From Candidatus Anderseniibacteriota bacterium (lineage in GTDB: Bacteria > Patescibacteriota > Andersenbacteria > UBA10190), in NCBI GenBank assembly GCA_021414205.1, contig JAIOOW010000002.1, positions 215,062 through 279,061 of the forward strand: a DNA stretch of 64,000 nucleotides. The letters run 5' to 3'. How positions within the stretch are numbered: the stretch's first letter is position 1; each line of letters starts with the position of its first letter. The position numbers were made by a program, and so were the translations under genes. Below, in pieces: positions 1-8,904 of the stretch. The notes under the pieces were generated by a model. The model did no database searches. It saw only the letters and a list, made by a program, of their open reading frames with translations, and was not told where the DNA came from.

Positions 1-822
1 CAGAATGCTCATGGTTTGTATGGCACTCAGCGCATTTGTGAATGCAATCACGATAGCGTGCGTACTCTACTTCCGACAATTCGCCTCGTAGTTGTACGCG
101 GCAACAAACCAGTTCCTTCCACGACCGCACGGTATATCCTGCGGTCTTTTATTTATTGGATATATCTCGATGCCGTTACAGCACGATGCGAATGGAGATT
201 TTGGAGATGGTAAGAATTGCTTGGGCAAAAGAAAAAAGAGCTTGGTCAGAGCTCTTTATTGTTTTATGACCACAGAAACAGTTCACATTAGTGACTCAGA
301 TGCGAGACAGCATCCATACAAAAGGCGGCGTAGAAGTCTCTTAACAATTCCCTTTTAATATAGATATAAGCCTGCATCTCCACCTGCCCACATATAAGCA
401 TAAGGCTAGCATACCCTCGCTTCATGAAGGGAGTGATTGGTGACTGCTCAAAACAAGTTACCCCGATTGGGATAGGTATCCCTGAAGTTAAGTCTTCAAT
501 CTTTCCACGTACTTTGAGTTGCAACACAAAAGGGGTCACCGTCTCGCCGATAACGATTTCTCCTGAATTCATAGTCGTGGTGATTTCATTTCCCTTCTTC
601 AGGTTTTGAATCCGTACAACAACTTCGCCGCTTACTTGAAACATATCGTTATCCTATCTTGTAAATGTGAAAGAGCTTTTACGCTCCGACTGCAAAAACT
701 TGGTTGTTACACAACAACTGATAAAAATACTATATAAATAATATATTGTCAATGTGATGGACATCGCCCGATGCCATTGAAATACGAACAATACAATCAA
801 TGAGTAGATCAACTACTAATTG

Positions 823-851
823 TTGACACTATGCAATTTTCCCACTACATT
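823..851 (+). promoter_or_regulatory. sigma70-like promoter candidate (TTGACA, 17-nt spacer, TACATT) in an AT-rich intergenic region
   Basis: TTGACA at 823-828, 17-nt spacer, TACATT at 846-851; the downstream GGAGG RBS and ATG at 907 fit. Confidence 0.3.
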
Positions 852-906
852 CACCAAGTTGCTATTTAGGTATGTTATTTTGACCTTTCAAAACTCGGAG
901 GAAGCA

Positions 907-1347
907 ATGAAGGAAAAAGGCAGTCTGCGATCTTGTTTGCTCAAAACAATTCATCACACCGAAATGGCCAACGTTGCTTCAATGATCGAACTAGGAAGCG
1001 GTGTCGATGAATGGCAGTACCGCGCAGATTTGGTACGAACAAACATCGAAGCAGCTCAAAAGCAGGCAGAAGTATTGATGGCGGCTGTAGCTGTAAAAGC
1101 TACTGAAAGAGAAGATATCCAGGAACTCCTGCAAGGTATTCTCAAGAGATTCCAGATTTCTCTGAACTACTTCAGCGACACGTGGAAACGTATCCCAAGA
1201 ATGGTGATCATCCTGTACGTTCGCACTGAAGTTTCCATTGCATCGCTGCAACTCGATCTCTTTACTTCGTGGATAAAACCTGAAGAGAATCCAGAAATTT
1301 ATGCCGCACTCACTGCACAGGTTGTCGAATTTGGACACGACGACTAA
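907..1347 (+). CDS. hypothetical protein
   Basis: ATG preceded by a GGAGGAAGCA RBS; the protein-like ORF lies in the frame of track ORF 820..1347; no family recognised. Confidence 0.45.
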   Translation: MKEKGSLRSCLLKTIHHTEMANVASMIELGSGVDEWQYRADLVRTNIEAAQKQAEVLMAAVAVKATEREDIQELLQGILKRFQISLNYFSDTWKRIPRMVIILYVRTEVSIASLQLDLFTSWIKPEENPEIYAALTAQVVEFGHDD

Positions 1348-1420
1348 AGAGAGTTTCTCCAAATCCTCGGCAGTCTCAATCGTCGCATTTCTCAATGTGA
1401 CGATTTTTATTTATTTAAGA

Positions 1421-1824
1421 TGTGGACATGGGCGGAATTGAACCGCCGTGACAAATGGTATTTCAATGGGAGTTTTTCCGTGTGCAGCTGATTTAAGTTA
1501 CGCATACTGATACAAGAATCAGCAAAGATACCACTATGCGTATCGCATATGTGCATTCTCGTTTTCCCTATGCGAAGCAAAGAAAACGATATCCGCCTAC
1601 ATAACACCGAATAACCTACCCGACGGATGATGGTTACCGATGGCTACCGAATTTAAGCGATAGCTGTCGCAAATGAAGGCGCAAATGCGTTAGCAAAAGC
1701 AACTTTCACGCGAGACATAACGTTTGCACGTAACAGATGTGTTGATTGGAATTTACGTGGATTCAACACGATTCACGACACGCTCTTCATTAAAATGTTC
1801 ACTTGTTCGAGGCCTAGCATGCCC
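1421..1824 (-). ncRNA. ssrA: tmRNA (ssrA), transfer-messenger RNA
   Basis: 3' tRNA-like end on the minus strand with T-arm GGCGG-TTCAATT-CCGCC, acceptor CATGTCC and discriminator A (CCA not encoded). 5' GGGCAUG pairs with it and is followed by a GGCCUCGAAC motif resembling the tmRNA GGAUUCGAC box. About 400 nt, located 10 nt downstream of smpB. Candidate tag frame ...ANAFAPSFATAIA-stop at 1653-1694. Confidence 0.6.
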
Positions 1825-1833
1825 GTAAAAAAA

Positions 1834-2283
1834 TTACTCTTTTCCTCGTAAGAAGATTTCTGCTTCTCGTTTGATATCTTTTTCGCGCTGTTGCTCTTTT
1901 TTATTGTGCAACTTTTTTCCTTTCGCGAGACCGATTTCAACCTTTAAAACAGAACCTTTATTATATACTCGAATTGGCACTATTGTCAACCCCGTATGCG
2001 AGATCTTCCCTGTAAGATATTTCAACTCTTCCGCAGATAATAGCAATCTGCGAGACCGAGTTTGATCATACGATTTTGGCGTATTTGCTATCTGCCATGG
2101 CGGTATAGTTGCGTTGGTTAATTCTGCATTACCGTTGTGCATAGTAACGTATGCCCCCTTGAGGCTCATATGGCCGGCACGAACGGACTTTACCTCAGTA
2201 CCAAGCAATACCAAGCCAGCCTCGAATGTTTCAAGAATTTCGAAGTCAAAATGCGCCCGTTTGTTATATGCTAGATCGGACAT
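1834..2283 (-). CDS. smpB: SsrA-binding protein SmpB
   Basis: NKRAHFDFEILETFEAGLVLLGTEVKSVR... matches the SmpB family N-terminus across its full length. Confidence 0.9.
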   Translation of the reverse strand: MSDLAYNKRAHFDFEILETFEAGLVLLGTEVKSVRAGHMSLKGAYVTMHNGNAELTNATIPPWQIANTPKSYDQTRSRRLLLSAEELKYLTGKISHTGLTIVPIRVYNKGSVLKVEIGLAKGKKLHNKKEQQREKDIKREAEIFLRGKE

Positions 2284-2318
2284 AGCTATACTGTAGCATT
2301 TTTCGGTTATAATTAAAC

Positions 2319-2891
2319 ATGATGATTAATGTACGAAATCCGCGAGACAAAGCACTAACCCCCATATTGCGATTTCTCACGCAATATAAGATAGCGCCAA
2401 ACATGGTGAGCATTGCCGGAATTATCAGCATGGTACTTTTTGGCATAGCCACGTATCTGCATATTTATTACGTTTCGATCATATTTCTTACACTCAGCGT
2501 ACTTGCGGATCTGCTCGACGGTTCGCTCGCGAGATTTCAGCATGCCTCAACGGAAGCTGGGAAAAAATTCGACCTAATCGCAGACGGCATAACGTTTACG
2601 GTATTCATGATTGCAATCGGACTTGCCCATCTACTCAGTCTTGTAGTAGCGATAATCATTATTATATTGCAAATAATTTTAACCGTTAAAAGCACTAATA
2701 AGGCAATTGCCAGTACAGCGCATACCGGCGTGCAGCTTCATGAGGTACAAGGATTTTGGATTGCAATAAGCTTGGTAAAAGCGATTATGTACGTAAGTTT
2801 TATTATTGAAATTTTCTCCTCAACAACAGCAGTGCCGATTATGCGGCTTATTGCAATTTTCATCCTTGCATTCGGAATTATAAAACGATAA
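2319..2891 (+). CDS. CDP-alcohol phosphatidyltransferase family membrane protein
   Basis: D-x2-DG-x2-AR...G-x3-D-x3-D signature (LADLLDGSLARF...GKKFDLIADG); multi-TM. Confidence 0.8.
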   Translation: MMINVRNPRDKALTPILRFLTQYKIAPNMVSIAGIISMVLFGIATYLHIYYVSIIFLTLSVLADLLDGSLARFQHASTEAGKKFDLIADGITFTVFMIAIGLAHLLSLVVAIIIIILQIILTVKSTNKAIASTAHTGVQLHEVQGFWIAISLVKAIMYVSFIIEIFSSTTAVPIMRLIAIFILAFGIIKR

Positions 2892-2943
2892 ATTTAGTAC
2901 CAGTGGAAAAATCCTTATTGCACCTTTTGCAGGAGGCACTATC

Positions 2944-3129
2944 GTGTCGCAAGCTGTAAATCAACAACCTACTACCAAGCCCGCAAATCGAGACAGCAAC
3001 GACCTTGATCGCGACGGCTGGAACAACGGAAACGGAACACAGCACGTAACAAGAGAATCGCAAACCCGCGAACCTACAAAGAGTTTTTCGGGTGGCCTCG
3101 ATTTCACTCCAGGTGGCTGGCTTGAATAA
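2944..3129 (+). CDS. small (61 aa) low-complexity Gly/Asn/Asp/Thr-rich protein, function unknown
   Basis: GTG start 8 nt after an AGGAGG RBS; followed directly by a perfect rho-independent terminator; no TM, disordered-looking. Confidence 0.45.
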   Translation: MSQAVNQQPTTKPANRDSNDLDRDGWNNGNGTQHVTRESQTREPTKSFSGGLDFTPGGWLE

Positions 3130-3145
3130 TCCTTCGCCCCTCAAT

Positions 3146-3177
3146 CCTCGCAAGAATGGACGCTTGCGAGGTTTTTT
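3146..3177 (+). terminator. rho-independent terminator
   Basis: Perfect 9-bp stem CCTCGCAAG/CTTGCGAGG, 8-nt loop, then TTTTTT. Confidence 0.75.
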
Positions 3178-3188
3178 ATTTCACAATC

Positions 3189-3217
3189 TTGCTTTTTGCC
3201 TCGTAAAACGCTATTAT
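3189..3217 (+). promoter_or_regulatory. promoter candidate (TTGCTT, 17 nt, TATTAT) 7 nt upstream of the infC ATG, suggesting a leaderless or very short-leader transcript
   Basis: -35 TTGCTT at 3189-3194, -10 TATTAT at 3212-3217, ATG at 3225. Confidence 0.3.
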
Positions 3218-3224
3218 ACGGGCT

Positions 3225-3776
3225 ATGCCAAGCAGAAGACGGCGGTATCGCCACAGACCAAAACCGGTAGAAAAGAAACCTCCGGCAAACGAAGAAATCA
3301 CCGCACCAGAAGTGCGCGTTGTCGGGCTTGAAGGAGAACAGATGGGCGTATTCCCTATTGCGGAAGCAATTGCAAAGGCGCAAGAAATCGGAACCGACCT
3401 CGTTATGGTTGCGGACAAAGCAAACCCTCCTGTTGTTCGTATTATGGATATGGGGAAGCACTTATACGAGAAACGAAAGAAAGATGCCAAACAGAAGGCT
3501 AAAAGCAAAGGAAAAGACATTAAAGGTATTCGAATTGGCCTAAAAACAGACGATCATGACTGGAATATGCGCCTGAACCAAGCTGCCGGCTTTTTGGCAG
3601 AAGGTCACAAGGTAAAGCTTGAAATTAAGCTTCGAGGACGCGAAAAACAGCGTTTTGACCTTGCAGAAGAACGAATCAAGGAGTTCGTAGCGGGCGTGCC
3701 CGGCGGCGCAAAGCCAGCGGATACGTTTTCTCGAGCAGCAAACGGCCTCACGGTATTATTGACGAAAATCAGCTAA
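3225..3776 (+). CDS. infC: translation initiation factor IF-3
   Basis: EVRVVGLEGEQMGVFPIAEAIAKAQEIGTDLVMVADKANPPVVRIMDMGKHLYEKRKK... matches IF-3 N- and C-domains; basic N-terminal extension. Confidence 0.85.
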   Translation: MPSRRRRYRHRPKPVEKKPPANEEITAPEVRVVGLEGEQMGVFPIAEAIAKAQEIGTDLVMVADKANPPVVRIMDMGKHLYEKRKKDAKQKAKSKGKDIKGIRIGLKTDDHDWNMRLNQAAGFLAEGHKVKLEIKLRGREKQRFDLAEERIKEFVAGVPGGAKPADTFSRAANGLTVLLTKIS

Positions 3777-3796
3777 TCACCTACCATATAAAGATT

Positions 3797-3994
3797 ATGA
3801 AACAAAAGACAAAAAAGTCTGCATCAAAGCGATTCTTTATCTCCTCAACGGGAAAAGTTCAGCGTCGTTCTATCGGCCAAGCGCATTTTAACGGACTTGA
3901 ATCTGGTAATAAGACACGAAAAAAGCATAATGACAAGCAAATTCACAAGGCTGATGCTCGTCGTATTGACAAATTAATGCCGTACGCTAAATAA
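3797..3994 (+). CDS. rpmI: 50S ribosomal protein L35
   Basis: 65 aa, very basic, MKQKTKKSASKRF..; position in the infC-rpmI-rplT operon. Confidence 0.85.
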   Translation: MKQKTKKSASKRFFISSTGKVQRRSIGQAHFNGLESGNKTRKKHNDKQIHKADARRIDKLMPYAK

Positions 3995-4003
3995 TATACT
4001 CCT

Positions 4004-4351
4004 ATGCCACGAGCACCCCGAAGTATTCCTAAGCGAAATCGACACAAGAAATGGCTGAAACGAGCCAAAGGTTTTCGTAATCGACGAAGCACCATCTTTA
4101 AGCTTGCAAAAGAAGCTGTATTAAAGGCAGGCCAATATGCATTCCGAGACCGCCGAAAGAAAAAGGCAGTATTTCGATCCACCTGGCAGGTTACTATCAA
4201 TGCAGCTGTTCGCCCGCTTGGACTCACCTACTCAAAGTTCATTCATGCGCTTCGAACTCATAAAGTAGCGCTCGATCGACAAGTAATGGCCGAACTTGCT
4301 CACAAACAATCCGACATATTCGCACGCATCGTTGAACAAGTAAAGAAATAA
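4004..4351 (+). CDS. rplT: 50S ribosomal protein L20
   Basis: ...KAGQYAFRDRRKKKAVFRSTWQVTINAAVRPLGLTYSKFIHAL... matches the L20 family. Confidence 0.9.
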   Translation: MPRAPRSIPKRNRHKKWLKRAKGFRNRRSTIFKLAKEAVLKAGQYAFRDRRKKKAVFRSTWQVTINAAVRPLGLTYSKFIHALRTHKVALDRQVMAELAHKQSDIFARIVEQVKK

Positions 4352-4358
4352 CATTCAT

Positions 4359-4386
4359 ACACTACCGGCCTACAGGCCGGTAGTGT
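4359..4386 (+). terminator. 12-bp perfect hairpin (ACACTACCGGCC / GGCCGGTAGTGT, 4-nt loop) between rplT and uxs; possible terminator or attenuator without a U-tract
   Basis: Perfect inverted repeat 4359-4370 / 4375-4386. Confidence 0.35.
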
Positions 4387-4399
4387 AGTATTACTGCAT

Positions 4400-5341
4400 A
4401 TGAAAATTATTGTTACAGGCGGAGCAGGATTTATAGGCAGTCATCTTATAAAGCGATTACTCGACAGAGGAGACTCCGTTATTTGCGTTGATAACTTTTT
4501 TACCGGACAACGAAAAAATATAGAACAGTTTTTACATAACCCAAATTTCTCCCTTATAGAACACGACATCGTTCAGCCGTTGGAGGGCGTAGAGGCGGAT
4601 CAAATCTACAACCTTGCATGCCCGGCATCCCCAGTGCACTACCAATTCAATCCAATTAAGACAGTGAAAACTTCGACGATTGGGATGATTAATATGCTGG
4701 GGCTGGCAAAAAGGTGCGGGGCAAGAATTCTACAAGCGTCAACGTCGGAAGTATACGGCGACCCGCACGAGCATCCGCAAAAAGAAACCTATTGGGGTAA
4801 TGTAAATACGATCGGCCCGCGCAGCTGTTACGACGAAGGCAAACGAGTTGCAGAAACGCTCTGCATGGATTACCACCGAGAACATGGCTTGGATATCCGC
4901 ATTATCAGAATTTTCAACACCTACGGGCCGAACATGCATCCCGAAGATGGCCGAGTAGTGAGCAATTTTATCGTTGAAGCGTTGGCTAATAAGCCCATTA
5001 CCATATATGGAGACGGCACCCAGACACGATCCTTTTGCTATGTCGATGACTTAGTAAACGGCATCATGGCAATGATGGATCAAGATGGATTTATCGGACC
5101 GGTGAACTTAGGAAATCCCGTGGAATTTTCGATGAAAGAACTTGCGGAAAAAGTTATCGCACTCACGGGAACATCATCAGAAATCATCTACATGCCGCTC
5201 CCTCAAGACGATCCAAAACAGCGTCAGCCAGATATTTCCGTTGCAAAAGAAAAGCTCCATTGGGAGCCAACAATCAATCTCGAAGAAGGCTTACAGAAAA
5301 CAATCGAATATTTTGAATCACTCTTGACGCAATCGAAATAA
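4400..5341 (+). CDS. uxs: UDP-glucuronate decarboxylase (UDP-xylose synthase), NAD-dependent SDR
   Basis: [10 protein letters not shown] Rossmann motif; [36 protein letters not shown] catalytic region typical of UXS/ArnA-type decarboxylases. Confidence 0.85.
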   Translation: MKIIVTGGAGFIGSHLIKRLLDRGDSVICVDNFFTGQRKNIEQFLHNPNFSLIEHDIVQPLEGVEADQIYNLACPASPVHYQFNPIKTVKTSTIGMINMLGLAKRCGARILQASTSEVYGDPHEHPQKETYWGNVNTIGPRSCYDEGKRVAETLCMDYHREHGLDIRIIRIFNTYGPNMHPEDGRVVSNFIVEALANKPITIYGDGTQTRSFCYVDDLVNGIMAMMDQDGFIGPVNLGNPVEFSMKELAEKVIALTGTSSEIIYMPLPQDDPKQRQPDISVAKEKLHWEPTINLEEGLQKTIEYFESLLTQSK

Positions 5342-5404
5342 TAAGATAGGGTTGGCATCTCGTTCTTTTACCTATTTCGCGTACTACTCAATGAAAGGTG
5401 AGCT

Positions 5405-5662
5405 ATGCCACTGTGGTCAAGCATCGCTCCCAATGTACTGGCAGCGTGCGAAGAAATTGAAGACTATTGGAAAAAATACGGGTACAGGATAGTGGGATGG
5501 AAGATGGCTAATACTCGTACGATATATTACACAGTCATCAACCCCAAGAATGTCTGCAGGAAATTTCGCGTCAGCAATCACCTCCCCCGAGACGCTACGG
5601 AATGGGAATTAGCTGAATGCTCGAACGGAGTAATCATTCACAGCAAATTCATTGAACGTTGA
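5405..5662 (+). CDS. hypothetical protein (85 aa)
   Basis: AAAGGTGAG RBS, own terminator; no family recognised. Confidence 0.5.
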   Translation: MPLWSSIAPNVLAACEEIEDYWKKYGYRIVGWKMANTRTIYYTVINPKNVCRKFRVSNHLPRDATEWELAECSNGVIIHSKFIER

Positions 5663-5664
5663 CG

Positions 5665-5706
5665 AGCCCCTACCTGGCACATGTCAGATACGGGGCTTCT
5701 TTTTTA
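5665..5706 (+). terminator. rho-independent terminator (stem AGCCCC/GGGGCT with a long loop, then T-run)
   Basis: GC stem 5665-5670 / 5692-5697 followed by TCTTTTTTA; lies between convergent genes. Confidence 0.5.
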
Positions 5707-6132
5707 TCTCACACAATCAGGGCCGGCTGCAGAGACGGTAATGTTTTGCCACGCGATAACACTCTTATCCGCCGCACTTAAGATTTCAATACTTGCCGAA
5801 CCTTCCGGAATAGAACATGGAATTTGAATACTTGCAGTTCCTGCAAAAAATGGGGTCTCTTTTAATACTTGAACACCCTGCTTTGATCGCACCGCTACTT
5901 GCGCTTGCTGAGATGGAACTGAGCTTGGAGTATCCCAGCGAATAACAGTCTGCTCTCCTGCCTGCAATGGGCTCACGATATGCATTCCGATGCGCGTGAT
6001 TGTCGTATCATTTGAGCGAATAGATACGTTACCGATGATATTGATCAATATACCAATAAATAGCAGACAAATAGCCCCTAATCCGAAATATGCCCACCGT
6101 TGCTGTTTCTTATTCTTGTTCATGGGTTGCAC
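5704..6132 (-). CDS. membrane-anchored hypothetical protein
   Basis: N-terminal basic stretch plus TM helix; overlaps the upstream prsW-like gene by 23 nt. Confidence 0.5.
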   Translation of the reverse strand: MQPMNKNKKQQRWAYFGLGAICLLFIGILINIIGNVSIRSNDTTITRIGMHIVSPLQAGEQTVIRWDTPSSVPSQQAQVAVRSKQGVQVLKETPFFAGTASIQIPCSIPEGSASIEILSAADKSVIAWQNITVSAAGPDCVR

Positions 6133-7048
6133 TATATATAGTACGCGCTGATTTATTAGTATTCAACCATGGCGCATTAATGTTCCAAGGAGAATCGGTA
6201 ATCTTCATAGCTCTCTTTAGCATCGCAACATCTGGAGATTCCGGTGCGCGCGGATTCTCCAAAAACGCGCCATCTTGCCGATGAATAATAGAAAACTCCC
6301 GTTTCATAGTCCAGGAGATGAGGACAAAGAGTGCTGCAATTAACACGCAGATTGCATATAATCCGTACCCTATCCCTAACAATAAATCGAATGTCCCATG
6401 CAAGAACCAGGGGATAAGGAAAGCGGGAATGAAAAATTTATTTGGCCGGAATATTTGAAACGTTCCCTGCGCAATGAGGGCGCCCATAAGCCCCGCAAAG
6501 CAGATATGCGCAAGCGTCGAGATAATAAATCGCAAGAAAAAAACGAACACCAAGGTATCGTATTGTTGACTGGTAAGCAAATCATGAAAATACAGCGTAT
6601 TTTCCAATGTTGAAAATCCAAGTCCGACCGCAACTCCGATTAATAATCCATCGAATACCTGATTTATCCTTTTACTTCTCGACATCCAAAATCGCATCGC
6701 TACGTACCGCAGCCCCTCCTCAATCGGAGCAACTATGAAAAATGTAGCAAGCGCAGGCAATAAGACATCGAGTGGGGATAATAGCGGCAAAATTGCACCC
6801 GAATAATAATGCTCCGTTGCAGGAGATATAATCCCCCAAATCTGATCCGCTTTTTTCTCCAGCCAAAATGCGGGCTCAACCAATATAAGTCCGATTCCGA
6901 ACGCCATAGCTACGGTTGTAGGCGGCACGTTCCTGGTGCGATTCCGCAAATACCACATCCACAAGAAAAACCCAGCAGGAAGCAAGCTTAATAAGAATGC
7001 TACGATCGCAATCGAAACGCCCACTGGCAATACAATAGGGTCACCCAT
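6110..7048 (-). CDS. PrsW-family intramembrane metalloprotease
   Basis: Polytopic; APIEEGLRY (EExxK/R-like), FAGLMGA and HGTFD motifs typical of the PrsW/YpdC family. Confidence 0.65.
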   Translation of the reverse strand: MGDPIVLPVGVSIAIVAFLLSLLPAGFFLWMWYLRNRTRNVPPTTVAMAFGIGLILVEPAFWLEKKADQIWGIISPATEHYYSGAILPLLSPLDVLLPALATFFIVAPIEEGLRYVAMRFWMSRSKRINQVFDGLLIGVAVGLGFSTLENTLYFHDLLTSQQYDTLVFVFFLRFIISTLAHICFAGLMGALIAQGTFQIFRPNKFFIPAFLIPWFLHGTFDLLLGIGYGLYAICVLIAALFVLISWTMKREFSIIHRQDGAFLENPRAPESPDVAMLKRAMKITDSPWNINAPWLNTNKSARTIYSATHEQE

Positions 7049-7060
7049 TGATGTAGTATA

Positions 7061-7471
7061 TCACGAGGTGCGAATCAGCGATGACTTGTATTGCTCAGGC
7101 TTATGCGCAGGCAGCCGAACTACTTTGACGTTCGGCTTTCCGATAGTTCCCAAAATCGCCCACACGTCCTCATCGGAGGGTTTTTGATCATACCCCAAGG
7201 CCAATATATCAAAATCAAGATTTTTCAATAATGCGTATGATCTCGGATCTTCATCGCCAAGCACCGCCTCATCAACATCTGGATTTTCTTGAACGGCCTG
7301 CAAGCGTTCCTGTTCTGAAATATGATGTGAACGCTGCTTTTCAATCGAGATAGTTGCATCGCGGGACACCACAACAATCAAATAATCCCCCATCTTTTTC
7401 GCTTCTCGAAATAAAAATTCGTGCCCAGGATGGAGCGGATCAAACGTGCCGAACACGACTATTTTTTTCAT
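7061..7471 (-). CDS. cytidylyltransferase-like nucleotidyltransferase (RibL/TagD-like, HxGH)
   Basis: FGTFDPLHPGHEFL (T/HxGH) motif; overall resemblance to archaeal-type FMN adenylyltransferase / glycerol-3-P cytidylyltransferase. Confidence 0.7.
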   Translation of the reverse strand: MKKIVVFGTFDPLHPGHEFLFREAKKMGDYLIVVVSRDATISIEKQRSHHISEQERLQAVQENPDVDEAVLGDEDPRSYALLKNLDFDILALGYDQKPSDEDVWAILGTIGKPNVKVVRLPAHKPEQYKSSLIRTS

Positions 7472-7473
7472 AT

Positions 7474-7782
7474 CTATTTTGCTGGCGGTATGTAGAATAC
7501 CGAGCTGTTTACTACGGGATTTTTTTTGGCAGACTCTTCCTTAAGAGATGCATACTTCTGGACCTCGGTAAGGGCGGATTTCGCGACAGAGACAGAACTT
7601 TGAACGGTTACTTGTAAATCAGGAGGAATAACGGGCGACTGCAACGCATATACATATACGACAATTGCGGCACACACTCCACCGATAGCAAAGAAGAGTA
7701 TTGATATAATAGACATGCTGTACAATACCACATGCAAAATAGAGTTTTTTATTCGCTGCATGATATTGGAAAAAGAATTCAT
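7474..7782 (-). CDS. small single-TM protein at the 3' end of the pilus operon (PilP-like position)
   Basis: One TM helix; operon context only. Confidence 0.45.
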   Translation of the reverse strand: MNSFSNIMQRIKNSILHVVLYSMSIISILFFAIGGVCAAIVVYVYALQSPVIPPDLQVTVQSSVSVAKSALTEVQKYASLKEESAKKNPVVNSSVFYIPPAK

Positions 7783-7783
7783 A

Positions 7784-8362
7784 TTATTTCAAAATACTAA
7801 TAACAATATCCGCCTCAAGAGAACTCCCCTGAGGAGCATTCGGCAAAGGCGATGTTGCAGGTACGGACGAGAAAAAATTCAGCGCTACAACGTGCGTCGT
7901 ATCGATACTCCACGATGCCACATACAACAAATACGGAAGCTGCTCGATACGATACAAAAATCCCATGAGCGCCGTTGGCGTGCCAGATGCGCTAATGTGA
8001 AAACGAACATCGTCTAACGGGTCGCTTACAGGCGAGCCCTTTGTTGTGTTTTGAGTAACTTGCGGAACTTGGGCAGACACCCCTGCCAATACAGCAGTTC
8101 CCTGGATCGCACGCACCACTTCCGGCAAGCCGTCTCGCCGCACAGTCATTTTTTGCAATGAATCCATTTTACTCTGCGCATCGGATAGCTCCTTCTTCAA
8201 ACGATCTGTTTCCTGCATTTCCTTGGGAGCGGAATCAATACGCTGCTGGCGCATGGCAACATCTGAGCGAATCGAAAGAAGCTTTACGTGCGCAAAACCA
8301 ATAGCAACAAGCGCAACGACGATCAAGATAAGTAAAAAAATATTTGCTTTAGAAAATATCAT
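7784..8362 (-). CDS. pilO: type IV pilus assembly protein PilO-like
   Basis: N-terminal TM plus coiled-coil; immediately downstream of pilN with an ATGA overlap. Confidence 0.6.
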   Translation of the reverse strand: MIFSKANIFLLILIVVALVAIGFAHVKLLSIRSDVAMRQQRIDSAPKEMQETDRLKKELSDAQSKMDSLQKMTVRRDGLPEVVRAIQGTAVLAGVSAQVPQVTQNTTKGSPVSDPLDDVRFHISASGTPTALMGFLYRIEQLPYLLYVASWSIDTTHVVALNFFSSVPATSPLPNAPQGSSLEADIVISILK

Positions 8363-8904
8363 AGAACTCCCCCATTATCTGCTTTTCTCACGATCGTGAA
8401 TACGGCGATTGCATCTGGCGATTGCGCAAAGTTTTGCAGCGGCGCATCAACATGATCTACCCATGGGAGCGATTCAAGCGCATGCTGATACTGCACTACA
8501 ACATCGCCATTAATTGCCTTTCCGGTTACAACTAGCGCTTCAGGATTCTCGGTCAACTCAAGTTTCGTAACTTTAATCCCAGTAGGCACAGCAGCAAATA
8601 GTTCCTGTATATGAATCGCCCAGCGAGGATTAGTAGTAATGCGTCGATCCATTGCCTGAATAACTACATTCAACGAAGAAATACTCTTCTCAACATCCGA
8701 CCGATTCTTCCCCTGCTCTTGCAATCTTGTATCGAGCGAGTTTCGAATAATGATATTTGCCTCTAACGAAGCGCCATATGCTATTAAAACAATCATGCAT
8801 AATGCAAACAACGCAGTTAATAGCGACTGCAACCGATGGCGTGCAACGAGCGCCATTCTTGCTGTTCGAGCTTCGGGAGATAGTAAATTAATTTCTGATT
8901 TCAT
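8359..8904 (-). CDS. pilN: type IV pilus assembly protein PilN
   Basis: N-terminal EINLLSPE (PilN INLLP motif) followed by a TM. Confidence 0.7.
   Translation of the reverse strand: MKSEINLLSPEARTARMALVARHRLQSLLTALFALCMIVLIAYGASLEANIIIRNSLDTRLQEQGKNRSDVEKSISSLNVVIQAMDRRITTNPRWAIHIQELFAAVPTGIKVTKLELTENPEALVVTGKAINGDVVVQYQHALESLPWVDHVDAPLQNFAQSPDAIAVFTIVRKADNGGVL

Noticed and set aside
16-644. Track ORFs 16-213, 92-358, 424-609 and 288-644 at the window start
   Set aside because: Mutually overlapping with odd composition. Only the first ~75 residues of 288-644 (minus) look protein-like (vaguely L21-like) and the C-terminus does not, so the support is too weak to call.
991-1395. 134-aa minus-strand ORF overlapping the 907-1347 plus-strand CDS
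   Set aside because: Cys/Phe-rich, not protein-like, and no RBS; the plus-strand frame has a GGAGG RBS and more plausible composition.
1421-1450. tRNA-like T-arm, possibly a tRNA gene
   Set aside because: No anticodon arm or D-arm of tRNA size follows. The acceptor pairs about 400 nt away and the region lies right after smpB, so it is better explained as the tmRNA 3' domain.
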